The position numbers and the translations under genes were made by a program. From the NCBI GenBank assembly GCA_900617105.1, contig UYFQ01000310.1:1-47335 (forward strand): a DNA stretch of 47,335 bases, given 5' to 3'. The notes below the pieces were generated by a model. It was not told the origin of the DNA. It worked only from the letters and a program-made list of their open reading frames with translations, and ran no database searches. Below, piece by piece: positions 22,169-34,478 of this stretch (its first letter is position 1; the number at the start of each line of letters is the position of its first letter). The stretch comes from Hydrurus foetidus (Eukaryota).

Positions 22169-22598
22169 TGTAGCCTTATTGCATTCCTAAGGGGATACAA
22201 TGTGTCTAGGTTAACTAGGTACAATAGGTATATTATACGCCCAGATTCCACTTTTAGGTCTTAGTTCCACATATGATGTAAATGCACTTTAGCGTACACA
22301 TCACTTGTATATACTCAACTGTAAGATACTAACACAAGTCTATTCCACCGACTCTCGCTTCCCTTGCCCGCCGCTTGCACCAACCAGCCACCAACATCAG
22401 CTCCAACGTCCTAGGCCCCGCCCCAGACCACAATATCGATATTCGGTCGATACCGAAGCCTTTTTTCGTGAGAAGTTCGTTTCTCCGCTCCATCAACTTT
22501 AAATCCATCACCTATTTCCGACAGTCGAAGACAATGGCTCTCCGACGCCAAGACAAGAGGATTAGCACCATCAACTCCCTTCGCCGACAACGACAGCC
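22169..22598 (+). mobile_element. Extra Gypsy-2-family LTR (22169-22432) plus leader and first gag codons, truncated by the next LTR
   Basis: TGTAGCC...ACCACA LTR, AATATCGATATT, then MALRRQDKRISTINSLRRQRQP, homologous to the Gypsy-2 gag start. Confidence 0.88.
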
Positions 22599-22983
22599 TG
22601 TAGCCTTATTGCATTCCTAAGGGAATACAATGTGTCTAGGTTAACTAGGTACAATAGGTATATTACGCTCAGATTCCACTTTTAGGTCTTAGTTCCACAT
22701 ATGACGTGAATGCACTTAGCGTACACATCACTTGTATATACTCAACTGTAAGATACTAACACAAGTCTATTCCATCGACTCTCGACTTTGCCTTCGTTTG
22801 CCCACGCCTTCCGTCCTCCGCTTTCCGTCCTCCGCTTTCTCCAACTTCGCCTCCCGTCCTAGGCCCCGCCGTCAGACCACAATATCGATATTCGGTCTTC
22901 ACCGAAGTTTCCTCCGAGAAAGTTTTTCTCTTTTCCGACTTTTTGTCTTCGACTCCTCCAACTTAAACCATCACGTCAAAGTT

Positions 22984-25900
22984 ATGGCTCTACGCCGCCA
23001 AGACAAAAAGACATCCTCCATCAACGCCCTTCGGCGAAAGCAGCAACCTCGTGCTGTAGCCGTCGCGTTCCGACAACGCTATGACGACCATCACAATCGT
23101 AGTGGAGACGCAGAGTCTCCTGGGCCACCTGCGGCTCAGGACCCCGCCGGCGACCTGTCTGCACCGATTCCTCAGCGGAATTCGGAGCCTGCGGTCATGT
23201 CTGTCATTGATATTCCTGTCATTTCGGCGTTATCTGCTTTGTCATTGCAACCAGCTTCGGCTGGACACCAGCTTCGGCTGTGATACCAGCTTCGGCTGCG
23301 ATACCAGATTCAAATGCGACACCAGCTATTGCTGAGAATCCTATTCCAAGGACGATGGCACCACCCCAGCAATATGTGCAGACGGGTGAGAGAGCTCCTA
23401 AGTTGAGCGCCGTGCCCTCTCGTCAGGAAGTACTACGGGTAATGGAGGTCCTCCTTTCAAATGGAACTCCATTTAAACCAGTTGACGTAGTCCATGTTTC
23501 CAACCATCAATCGTTTACAACGCTTCTCAAGCGTAAGTTTGCAACTGATCCCGATCGTCGCGACTCCTGTAACAATTGGAAACATTGGTCGAATCAATTG
23601 TTCTGTAGAGAACTCAATCTCACAGTTCCTACATCAGCTGTCAATCGAACTGACAAGCTGAGTTTCATTGAAACTGTCTCTCAGGTCGCACTTCAATTCG
23701 ACCTGAAGGATAAATCAGTGGAAGACAAGACAGATCAGCTTTTAGCTGATATTGTTGATGGATTCCCTGATGCAACACCCGCTCTCCAACTTCAGGCAAC
23801 CAAAATTCTCATCGATAAGTTGCCTGTCGAACCTATCAATTGGAGAGCAGTGTTACAGCGTAGTCTTAACAATACAACGCCAAGACTCATTACAATCGAA
23901 GACTTTCGATTCGTATGGCTTGCGCAGCTTGCTAAGCTACGAGAATCAATTGATGCCTTACGGTTCATTGATGTCTCTCCTTTGTATGGTGATCACTCTC
24001 GCCAAATCAAAGCTCCTCCTCGTTCCTCTCAGGACAAAATCAAAAAACGTCCACGAGAGAGCGAACAATCAGTGCAATCAGACAAGTCTGACAAATTCGA
24101 AAGACCTCTGTGCACAGGTTGTGGGAGACTTGGCCATTTCGTCGCCACGTGTTTCTACACTACGTCTCCGTACTATAACAGTACAGACGCACCCTATATC
24201 AACTCTGAGGGTCATAAGCAGTTGTTGAAAGTCGATTCAAAGGCTAAGTTTATTCCAACTTTACCTAAGACATCGACCTCTTCTTCATCGTCTTCCTCTT
24301 CTTCTTCCTCTTCGTCAAAACCTGCTACTTCAACAGCAGACTCGACAAACGCTGCGAAGAAACACAAAGGTGAGCAACTATGCAACCTAAATTCATCATC
24401 TATTCTTTCCGATGATCCAGAACTTATTCCTTTCTTCGTATCTCCCCTCTCACAGGAGGTTATGCTGGAAAAAAGTAATAGAGTCTTTACTCTCCTGGAC
24501 ACCGGCTCTTTTGCTGGCAACTTTATACATCGCCGCATTATAACTAATCATAATTTCACACAATTCGTTTCTAACTCTTCAAAGAAATTGTGTAAAGTTT
24601 GTAGTGGATTAGATAATCATTGTTATGATATTTCTGACACTATAGACTTAACTCTTTCTTATTTTTGCCCTGATTTAAATAATTATTATACTTTTCAAAT
24701 CACGGCTTATGTTTTAAACGATTCGAAATTTGATCTAATAGTGGGACGAAAAACAATTCGCGAATTGAATTTATTTTCACGTTTCCCCGATCAAATATCT
24801 GCCAATGCTTCATCAAGCACTACCTCATTAGCGGAAGTTTTATCTTCTGAACAAGTGGATATAACGTGTGGCTGTCAGCCTAAGGAGAAGTTGCAACCCT
24901 CTGATGGCTCCCCAAAGGTCGATCCTTTAACCCAAAAGGTGAAACCGGCAGTAACCCAAACACACGTTATTCTAGCTTCACTAATACAAGAGTCTGAAAG
25001 ACTTTTTGAGGCTGTGCCCCCTGATGAGGACGAAATCGACGACTCGATCAAGGACTCGTTTTCACCTTGGATAGATGAATTTCCTGATACTGACCCACTC
25101 TCGCTAATAAACTTAGCAGGTGATGAAGATCAGAAAAATAAACTTCGGTTACTAGTACACGAATTCAAGGATATATTTAGCAGTGAACTTTCGGCCACTC
25201 CTGCTGATATTCCACCGTTTGACTTTCATGTCAATGACGACCAATGGAGAGTCCTAAAAATAGACAACCTCCATGGGCTAAATCAACAGTTGATCAAGCT
25301 GACATTCTCAGTCAAATTAAAAACTTGAAAAACAAAATATTGTTGAAAAATCAAACGCGGCTTATTATAGCCAAGTTTTACTAGTTCCAAAATCTGATGG
25401 AACTAAGCGCATGTGTATTGATTTTCGGAATCTCAACAATTGTACCGAAGATAAATCACATCCTATTCCACACATCGGTGAGATGTTGCGTAGAATAGGT
25501 GCACATAAAGCAAAAGTGTTTGCTGTACTTGACCTCACTCAAGGTTACCATCAAGCACCACTTACACTTGCTGCACGTGCTTATACTGCATTCATACTTT
25601 TCTGCGGAGTATATCAATTCACTCGTTTACCCTTTGGGCCAAAACAAGCACCCTCCTATTTCCAACAGATTATGACGACTGTTGTGTTAGCAGGGCTGAT
25701 ATACTCTATATGCGAAATGTACATAGATGATTGCAATGTTTTCGGTAAAGACATTGACGAACTCATTTCTAGACTTCGTCTTGTTTTTGAACGCTTTAGA
25801 AAACACAAAATATTCCTTAAACCGAATAAGTGTTATCTAGGCTATGCCGAAATAGATTATGTTGGCAAAGTTCTATCTGCAGATGGACTTAGAATGTCAC

Positions 25901-27890
25901 AAGAAAAAATACGGACTGTCTTAGATTTTCCTAAACCAGTACTATCTAAACAACTCAAAAGTTTTTTAGGATTGGTTAATTATTTTCACGACTTTGTTAG
26001 AAACGCTTCTACTGTTGTATACCCGTTACATCAGTTGCTTCTTAACTATAATAAGTATAAGAAAATAACTTGGACAATAGAAGCTCTCAGAGCATTCAAT
26101 TTGATCAAATCTGAGATTTCAAAATGCACGACTATGCACTTTTAAGTGACACCGATCCGATTTACTTGCACACTGATGCATCGGACTATGGTGTAGGTGC
26201 CTATCTTTTCCAGTTAGTTGACGGTCAAGAAACGCCCATAGCATTTGTCAGTAAATCACTTAACAAAGCTCAGCTTCGTTGGGCTGTTATACAAAAAGAA
26301 GCATATGCTATCTTTTATTCGTGCACGTATTTAAAATCGCTATTACGTGATCGTACGTTCACATTGCGTACAGATCATCGTAACTTGTTATACATCAAGG
26401 ATAATTCAAATCCAATGATTGTTCGGTGGTTTATGGCCTTATCCGAATATTCATTTAAAATTGAATATATACCTGGTGCTAACAATGATATAGCTGATTC
26501 GATGTCTCGACTCTGTCGCAATAACATGGTTGATTTCCCTCAGGAATATACTCCTGATGCAATCATGTCTGCTAATACTATTGAAAAATTCAAACTAACA
26601 CGTGATCAGTACAATACAATCAGTAAAGTACACAATTCACAAGTTGGGCATTTTGGCCTTGAGCGCACTCTAAAGCGTCTCATTGACAAAAAGATAGTAT
26701 GGCAATATATGCGTCAGCATGTCAGGTGGTTCATAGATCACTGTTCGTGTTGTCAGAAAATGAGTATGTTAAAGATACCAATACATGCTCATGGTTTCTC
26801 GACTTCTACTTACACACCTATGGAATGCCTTAACATAGACTTCATAGGACCGTTTCCAGACGGCGGGTACGTACTCGTAATTATCGATACGTTCACAAGA
26901 TGGGTTGAACTGTTTCATACAGAAGATGCTACAGCACTTTCAACAGCTAAATGCCTCTTGCAACACTTCGGTCGTTTCGGCGCACCTCTCCAACTCCGTT
27001 CTGATAATGGGCCACACTTCATTTCCGAAGTTATTAAAGAGTTTCTAACTCTTATTGGCACTCAACATTGTCTTACTTTAGCATACTCTAAAGAAGAAAA
27101 TGCTATTGTTGAGCGCATGAATAAAGAAGTAAATAGACATCTTCGTGCATTAACATTCGATAATGTCACACTAGAAGATTATAAAACGTCACTTCCATTT
27201 GTGCAACGAATTTTAAATTCTAATCACAGTGATCGTTTAAAAATATCATCTTCTCAACTTCTTTTCGGAAATGTACTCAAACTCGATAGAGGTATCTTTT
27301 TACCTCCTGCTGAGCGAAATGTTACTGATGACAAACCTTTGTCAAAGCGTATGAGCAATCTACTCAAAACGCAAGACAGTCTTCTTAAAGCTTCTGCTAA
27401 AGAACTTCTTCGCACAGATTTGCTTCATCAAAGTCAGTCTCAAATTTTTCAGCATGTAGAGTATCCAAAAGACTCTTATGTCTTGGTGCACTATCGCGAT
27501 GGATCTCCTCCTTCACGTCTTCACACGCATTGGAGAGGTCCATTAAAAGTCGTTAGTGGCGAAAATTCGCGTTACACACTTTATGATCTAGTCACTCAGA
27601 AAACATCAGAATTTCATGTTTCTGCAATGAAACCTTTTCTATTTGACCCATCAATCACAAATCCGTTAGATGTTGCACGACGTGATCACATGGAATACTT
27701 TGTTGAAGATATTCTTGATCATCGTGGCAAACATCAACGTACCCACATAGAGTTTTTAGTCAAATGGTTAAATTACCCTTCAGACAAAAACACTTGGGAA
27801 CCTTACTCAAATCTTCGTGATGTTGATAAGCTTCATGATTATTTACGTCACAATAACATGACTAATTTAATCAATAAACAACACCGTTGA
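22984..27890 (+). CDS. gag-pol: Gypsy-2 gag-pol polyprotein with several single-base frameshifts
   Basis: MALRRQDKK start; CTGCGRLGHFVATC knuckle; LLDTGS; YIDD; LHTDASDYGVG; IN core; chromodomain FLVKWLNY..NTWEP; clearly homologous to Gypsy-1. Confidence 0.92.
23251..23327 (+). repeat. 18-bp coding tandem repeat in the Gypsy-2 gag
   Basis: ccagcttcggctg(n)gata x3-4 (PASAVI/PASAAI). Confidence 0.7.
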
Positions 27891-28088
27891 CTTTTATATA
27901 CATATATCCTTGAAACTTTATCCATGAGGATTCTCTCCCATTTTTTTTTACCTTAAGGTCTTTTTTGGAGAGTTAAGTCTGACATAATCGTTTCATGTTT
28001 TCATACACTATATATATATACATGTACTTTTCTTTCATTTTTTTATATCACACATTCGTGTGGATTTTGAAAAAGGAAGAAGGGGTAG

Positions 28089-28340
28089 TGTAGCCTTATT
28101 GCATCCCTATGGATACAATGTGTCTAGGTTTACTAGGTACAATGCGCCCAGATTCGAATTTAGGTCTTAGTTCCCTATATGACGTGAGTGCTCTTAGCGT
28201 ACACATCACCTTCATCTATTTAACTGTAAGATATTAACACAAGTCTTTATCACCTTGACTCCACGTCCGCTTGCCCACGCTTTCCGTCCTTTTCCCTTCC
28301 CAACTTCGCCTTCCGTCCTAGGCCCCGCCGTCAGACCACA
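28089..28340 (+). repeat. Gypsy-2 3' LTR
   Basis: TGTAGCC...ACCACA after the PPT; diverged from 22599-22881, with deletions. Confidence 0.92.
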
Positions 28341-29965
28341 GGAGCATTTATTAGCTACATTCAACAAGCACAAATATAAAGTAACTGACTGCACAGACAA
28401 AGAATTTGTAGGCATCAACATCACATGTGACGAGAGATTTAACTATTGTATCTCTCAAACAAGGATAATCGAATCAATATTGGAAGGAATAATAATGAAA
28501 AAGACAAAATACGAAGCACTCCCCTATCCTTTAGATAAACTAAGCTTAACAAGCAGATAATGCAACACCACAACAACTTGCAGAATGCAAGAAATTTCCA
28601 TACAGTCGTATTGTATCTGTCAGGAATACTACTTTAATGAGATGCTACATACTTTAATGACAATAATGCACGCATTAAACGTGCTATCCCGATACGGAAA
28701 TAATCCTGGACCTAGGCACATTGAATTTGCCAAACACTTACTCCGATATGTCAAATATTCGAAATCCGATGGACTAAAATTCAAAACCCATGACGGGCCT
28801 ACCGATATACGAACAATGACAAATATACTACAACTAAGATTCAAATGCGAGCAGATCTAGCTGGTTATCCATATAATAAACACTCACAAACACCATATCT
28901 AGGATACTTAGCAGACACATCAATATTCTGGTGCTCTACCGATCAGGGCAACATATCTACTTCAACCGCTGAATCTGAAATTAAAGCAGTAAAGCACACT
29001 CTAAAAGCCGAAGTCATAGCTAATAGGGGTGTACTAAATCAAATGGACTGGACTCAGTCACCCACAATAATTGAAGAAGACCATAAAGCGTGTGTAGATG
29101 CATCAATACTATCTCTCATGACAAGAAATCTTAGGCATCTCGAAAGAACAGAAAATTTCCTCAAGGAAAAATATGCCGATGGAACATGCATACTGGTAAA
29201 GGTCGCATCGGGCGATAACAAAGCAGACATAGGGACAAAAAAAGTACCAAGAGCTTTATTCTATCAGCTGACGGACAATATAATCGATGAATCACTTCGT
29301 GTAGTAAATCATAAATTTAACAAGACTGTCATGTTTACAAATGAAAACCAATACATCAGCCCACAAGTATATGATGGTACGGTCAATTGAACTCAAAATT
29401 ATAAATTCTACAAATTTGAACCTGAGATGATTAAAATAAATTTTCTTCAACGCCTGATAATACTCGCTCCGAATATAGAATAAATATTCAACAAAAAGGA
29501 AAATAAAATAAAAGTAAAGTAAAAATATAACGATACATAAACACAGACTGTATAATACCTAGATTAAAAAAAACTCAAAATACCCTCGACATTAGCTCAC
29601 GTTAAAGGAAGATTGCAATTGATAATACTTACATCCGTCCCAAGAAAAGTTCGCCGAATTAGTACAGGACAAGAGTCGGACTCAAGACCCCAAGCCCAAA
29701 CAAGACGTCACAATATTAGTTACATATGCAATTGTTTGTTACGGGGTGTGTAGGCTTACGACTGCCATAAGTGCATGTTACAGCCGTATATACCGTTAAG
29801 TCAATCATCAATTGGCATTATAGATAAATCACATTTTAGTGCTTAAATGCATGTTAAGGAACACACAATAGCATACAGTCAAGTAGCTTCCCCAATGCCT
29901 TTCATATCGTATGATATGCTATTGTTAAAGTACCTAAAATATAGCCTTAGTAGACCCGGGTAACA
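28341..29965 (+). mobile_element. Degenerate Ty1/Copia 3' relic of a different family (RT C-terminus, RNase H, PPT, probable 3' LTR from 29749)
   Basis: FVGINIT; ALNVLSRY..KHLLRYVK; ADLAG; STSTAESEIKAV; IEED; ADIGTK; CGGGGTG followed by TGTAGG at 29749; right end (TAACA 29965) uncertain. Confidence 0.8.
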
Positions 29966-30423
29966 TTTAGTACCAGATTCATCACCTACCATCCTTCCAG
30001 TATGTGTAAGTGTATGAACTACTACCTCATTTATCATATGCAGAGATTTATCTCCTGTAATCTGACATTTCGGGAACTGCAACGTCAGAGTAACTTCTAG
30101 ACGTTTGTCAGGTAGATTGCTTGCCACCATTCGTTACCTTCTGTGTCGCCAACCGAGTTTCTAACTCATAATTAAACTATTTTCTCGTTGCACGATATTA
30201 CATCGTGGGTCCTCACAAACTCAACTTGCTCTTGACCACGGCGCCACGCTCCCACGTTTGCTGTCAACCGACAAATCTGGCTCGGAGTTTAGCAGCCGAT
30301 CGTCGAGATTTATAGTGAGCATTAAGCGTAGAAGCAGTGCTCAATTACTATTAAATGGCAACAAACCCGAAGTGTTCCTTCTCGATGATTACAATCTCGA
30401 TGATAAAACTCAATGTTGCCTAT

Positions 30424-30984
30424 AATCTCTGTCGAGATATCTAATTTCACATCTCACGTGTATATAAAAGTAGCGCTGTTGCCCTCGCAAGCTTCTCTTC
30501 CTCCTGGCGCTGCTTTTCGGCTCTCTAGGCGACCAGTTACATCTTCTTCTGCACGTCTTTAGCTTTCATTCCTGCAGGGGTAAGTCCAGCACGCCTAACT
30601 TTCTCGGCATCTCTCACCGCTAGCTTGAGTGCCTTCTCATTTGCAGCGAGGTTCTCTCTGTCCTTCAGAACCTGCGCCCTCCTCACTATTTTTTCTGCTA
30701 GCTAAATCTCTGTCGAGATATCTAATTTCACATCTCATGTGTATATAAAAGTAGCGCTGTTGCCCTTGCAAGCTTCTCTTCCTCCTGGCGCTGCTTTTCG
30801 GCTCTCTAGGCGACCAGTTACATCTTCTTCTGCACGTCTTTAGCTTTCATTCCTGCAGGGGTAAGTCCAGCACGCCTAACTTTCTCGGCATCTCTCACCG
30901 CTAGCTTGAGTGCCTTCTCATTTGCAGCGAGGTTCTCTCTGTCCTTCAGAACCTGCGCCCTCCTCACTATTTTTTCTGCTAGCT
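30424..30984. repeat. Tandem duplication, ~281-bp unit x2 (3' end of the transposase relic)
   Basis: aatctctgtcgagatatc...ttttctgctagct at 30424 and again at 30705. Confidence 0.93.
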
Positions 30985-32088
30985 CCCTATCTTTTTCCTG
31001 CTGTTGCAGCACTGAATTCTTGTTGTCATTGCGTATCTGCAAGTAGTTGACAAAATTAGCTTTTGAATTCATGTGATTCATCATGTAGGCATGTCATCTC
31101 CATGGTACCAAGCTATCACGGTCTATGTGCCGATCGCCAGTTAGCTTGGGTATTCCAAGGTCATCCAAGAAAGCGTCTGAGATGCTGCCCTCGGACCGGA
31201 ACTGACGGATCACCTCAAGGGCGTGGAAGAAGAGAAGATCCTCTTCCTCCGGTGTAATGTCTGTGTAGCACTGTCTCAGCCATGATAGGTACGGCATAGA
31301 TTAGTACGAGAGGTCCGGACTCTCCTGCAGCATTGTTTAGACCAAACCATTTTACGAGAACGTTTAGACTCTTTGGTATAAAAGAGGATGAGATCGGGGT
31401 TTTGTTCTCATAGTCTTTGATAGCACAGACGAGTGAACCTGTCAGGTTTTCATTGACGACAATGATGGTCGCATCTGTGTTCCACTTGTGCTCCGCAAGT
31501 ATGTGCCTAGAGTAGGCTAGTAGCAGACATCCCCATATATAACTTAGTCGAATACATTCGTATGCCTTACGTCTCGCATCTGTCAGGAATTGAGGCACTA
31601 CGGATTTAATTTTCAGGTCCCTGGAGAGCCTTTGCTTAGTGTTTGTACTGATTTCTGCGATTGCATCAGCACCTCTTTTACCCTGTCTAAGGTTTGTATC
31701 GACAACGGCTTTGTTGACAAGCTGTAGAGTAGCCTCAAGAGGCATAGCGTTTCTGTTTGCAATATTCCTTTTTATCGTTTCAACAATTTCTTTCCTACCA
31801 ATAGAATCTACTGCACTTGGTCGTCCACCGCCGCCGTGAAATTGTTGCCGCATATTTTTTTTTCTATTCACGGTACTTTTAGGAATCTTGTACCTGCTGC
31901 TGAAATTTCTCAAGCTTGAACCTGTTATGCCACTCCACTCCACTCCTGTTATGCCACTCCTTGGTTAGTTCCGATGCTGCAAAGGTTTTTACTGCAGTTG
32001 TGAAGTCATGTTGAGATAGATTTCGATACTTCCCCCGATTGCGCAAATTCAACTCGCGAAATATCAAAGGAATGCTTCCTTCTGCCAT
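30818..32088 (-). pseudogene. pogo/Fot1-like (Tc1/mariner superfamily) transposase relic, frameshifted and internally deleted
   Basis: HTH-like SLRNFSSRYKIPKSTV then GRP; WNTDAT resembles the NxDET first Asp; NAAGESGPLVLIY motif; the later catalytic region is absent; possible CAGT-starting TIR ending at 32246. Confidence 0.6.
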
Positions 32089-32553
32089 TATCAAGAAGAA
32101 ATATTCTAAGTTTGGATGACTGGTTGTTGAGATCTTATGAGTAATGCCAAGATGGTCCATGAAATGTAATGAGTCAGAGAGTATGTACATGAAAATGAAA
32201 AAGCTGTTTCTAGTTTAGTGTCTATTTCTAGTTTTGGGACCCACTGCTGGGACCCTTTGCATGATCAGCGCATCCATTTTCGTCCAACGATGTACCGTCT
32301 TTTACGTTTGTACGTTATTTCATGCCAGTTTAACTGGCATTTCGGCATTGTCACATCAATTTATCGATCGCAGTAACTCAATTTGGATTCTCCATTCTAC
32401 AATACAACACAGCAGCCATAATTCTTCATCGTCAGCATCGCAGACGATGAGAAGTGAGTCATGCATTGGCCTCGGACCTCGGACAGCCCAAATTTCAGCA
32501 AGGTGTTGAAAGAATTCGCTTTATGTTTGCTTCATCAATCAGTAATGTCATTG

Positions 32554-32561
32554 TCTTCTTG

Positions 32562-32615
<54 letters not shown>

Positions 32616-32758
32616 TTCATGACTAATGCTTTTAAAATTCGTGTCGCAGATTATAGAGCAGCGAGCTGGACTTTATCAGCAGCTCCTGCAGGCGTTATCA
32701 GCTGCGCTGAGGAAGTGAGTTGATGCTCTCAAAGCTATTAACTATCATCATCTTCTTG

Positions 32759-32793
<35 letters not shown>

Positions 32794-32859
32794 GTTCATG
32801 ACTGATGCTTTTAAAATTCGTGTCGCAAATTATAGAGCAGCGAGCTGGATTTTATCAGC
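32554..32859. repeat. Two (CAT)n microsatellites within a local duplication
   Basis: tcttcttgat(cat)n gttcatgact.atgcttttaaaattcgtgtcgca.attatagagcagcgagctgga occurs twice. Confidence 0.88.
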
Positions 32860-33079
32860 TTATAGGGCATATTAAATTCAATCAGACTTTTGCAAGGAAT
32901 CGGACGACATCATCTGCATGCACATACATGGAGTGGAACATGCAGCATTTGAGGCATGCAAGCAAGTATAGATTGAAAATTCACAATTTTGAATTTTGAA
33001 ACGGCGGTCTGGTAGTGTCAGACCACTTGATTCTATTAAGATATGTCTGTAGTAATACAGTTGCAAATATAGTTACAAA

Positions 33080-33565
33080 TATATACATGTACGTTATGCG
33101 GCACGTACGTACGTAAGTAAGTACGCATGCAGATATGATAACATGCAAACGTACACACGTACTTACACATGTTAGTGCATACTCATTTATGGATACGTAC
33201 ACACATGTACTTACACATGTACGTACATAGTCAATATGCACGTACGTACGTACGCACGCACGCACGCATGTAGCATAGCGTACACTTGTATGGTCACGCA
33301 CACACGTACATACGTACGTGCACATGTTAGTACAAATTACTATATGCATACGTACACACACGTACTTACACATGTATGTGCACATATAATATGTACGTAT
33401 GTACGATCGCCAATAGCGTAGTACATAGATGTATAGGCGTACATACGTAAGTACCACTGTACTTACGCATGTACGTTCTTACACATACACATGCATACGT
33501 ACTCCTATAATATCGCCATATAGCAGTTAGTACTCACACATGTACGTTCATATACATATACATGC
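33080..33565. repeat. Low-complexity alternating purine-pyrimidine tract (ACGT/TACA/CATG)
   Basis: Long runs such as cgtacgtacgtacgcacgcacgcacgcatgta. Confidence 0.85.
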
Positions 33566-34444
33566 AAACCCCTGTACTATCGCCATGTATCAGTTAGTAC
33601 GAACCCTCTGACCTCACGCAAATGAACGTTCGCCTTTGATGATTCTTCAGTATCGCCAAAACACTTTGTTACTATAAGCATTTATGCAACGTTCCTCAAG
33701 CACATGCTATGAGCAACACATCTCGCTGTGAACTTTGTCTCAAGGTAGTTTCACTGTCATGAACTGTTCTGATAGCTCTTTTGCGTGGCTATCTGCAAAC
33801 TTTAATCAGAATTTAATACGTTGTACTTCACAGCTTCATCTACTCGATAGCTCACTGAATTGAGACAGTAGCCTGCAGCTGCTTCTCCACCTTCGCTGCG
33901 AACGCTAGAAGGTGACATCTTGTATTTAGTCCTACAAGTAGATAATCGAATTTCAAAACGATTCCAGTAGTTTTCAGCGAGTGAATGTCAATATTCGTGA
34001 AGTTCTGTGTTCCTTAAAAACATGAAACCCGCTGGACGACTTTGAGCGGGGGATGGATGTGCTGACCATGCAAAGGGTGTCGGAATAACTGTGTGTTAAG
34101 TAACCGTATAAGTCATTACGTATGTACGCTTGATGACGTTGCACCGTCGTGTGCTGTGTGGGGGTCGCTACTCCACACGGTCCAAGTTCCTTTTAACCCA
34201 GGATCATCGAAAGCAACGAAAGTACACCATATTTGACTGTGTGGGACAGCGCGATCTTGTCGGCTGTCTCCATGAACAATGTAAGACACGTTGCATTGTT
34301 AATTACCTTTAACCTCACAAACAGCAGAACTTTCTCTTCGAGCCGAGTCAGTTGCTAGCTACATGTGCAGAAGTTGCAGAAGGAGAGCGTACGCTGGAAG
34401 ATCTAGTGCGACATTCAGTGAGACTGAAAGCCAACCGTACGACG

Positions 34445-34455
34445 TAATTAACAAT
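34445..34455 (+). promoter_or_regulatory. Copia-2 primer-binding site, non-tRNA, complementary to its own LTR
   Basis: TAATTAACAAT is the exact reverse complement of LTR 34295-34305 ATTGTTAATTA. Confidence 0.8.
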
Positions 34456-34478
34456 AGCTTTCGAACTTTCAACTTGCA

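Larger units (their letters stand above)
22599..28340 (+). mobile_element. Ty3/Gypsy chromodomain-bearing LTR retrotransposon (Gypsy-2)
   Basis: LTRs 22599-22881 and 28089-28340; PPT AAAAGGAAGAAGGGGTAG; full domain set; no matching TSD. Confidence 0.95.

Noticed and set aside
29966..30420. Possible gene or TE fragment (83-aa minus-strand ORF)
   Set aside because: No recognisable motif; cannot be supported without a search.
32253..32258. piggyBac assignment from CCCTTT termini
   Set aside because: No TTAA flanks; the TIR extends to GA/TC and is bounded by CTGG.
32981..33457. 158-aa YVCT-rich ORF
   Set aside because: Product of the low-complexity RY tract; no recognisable domain.
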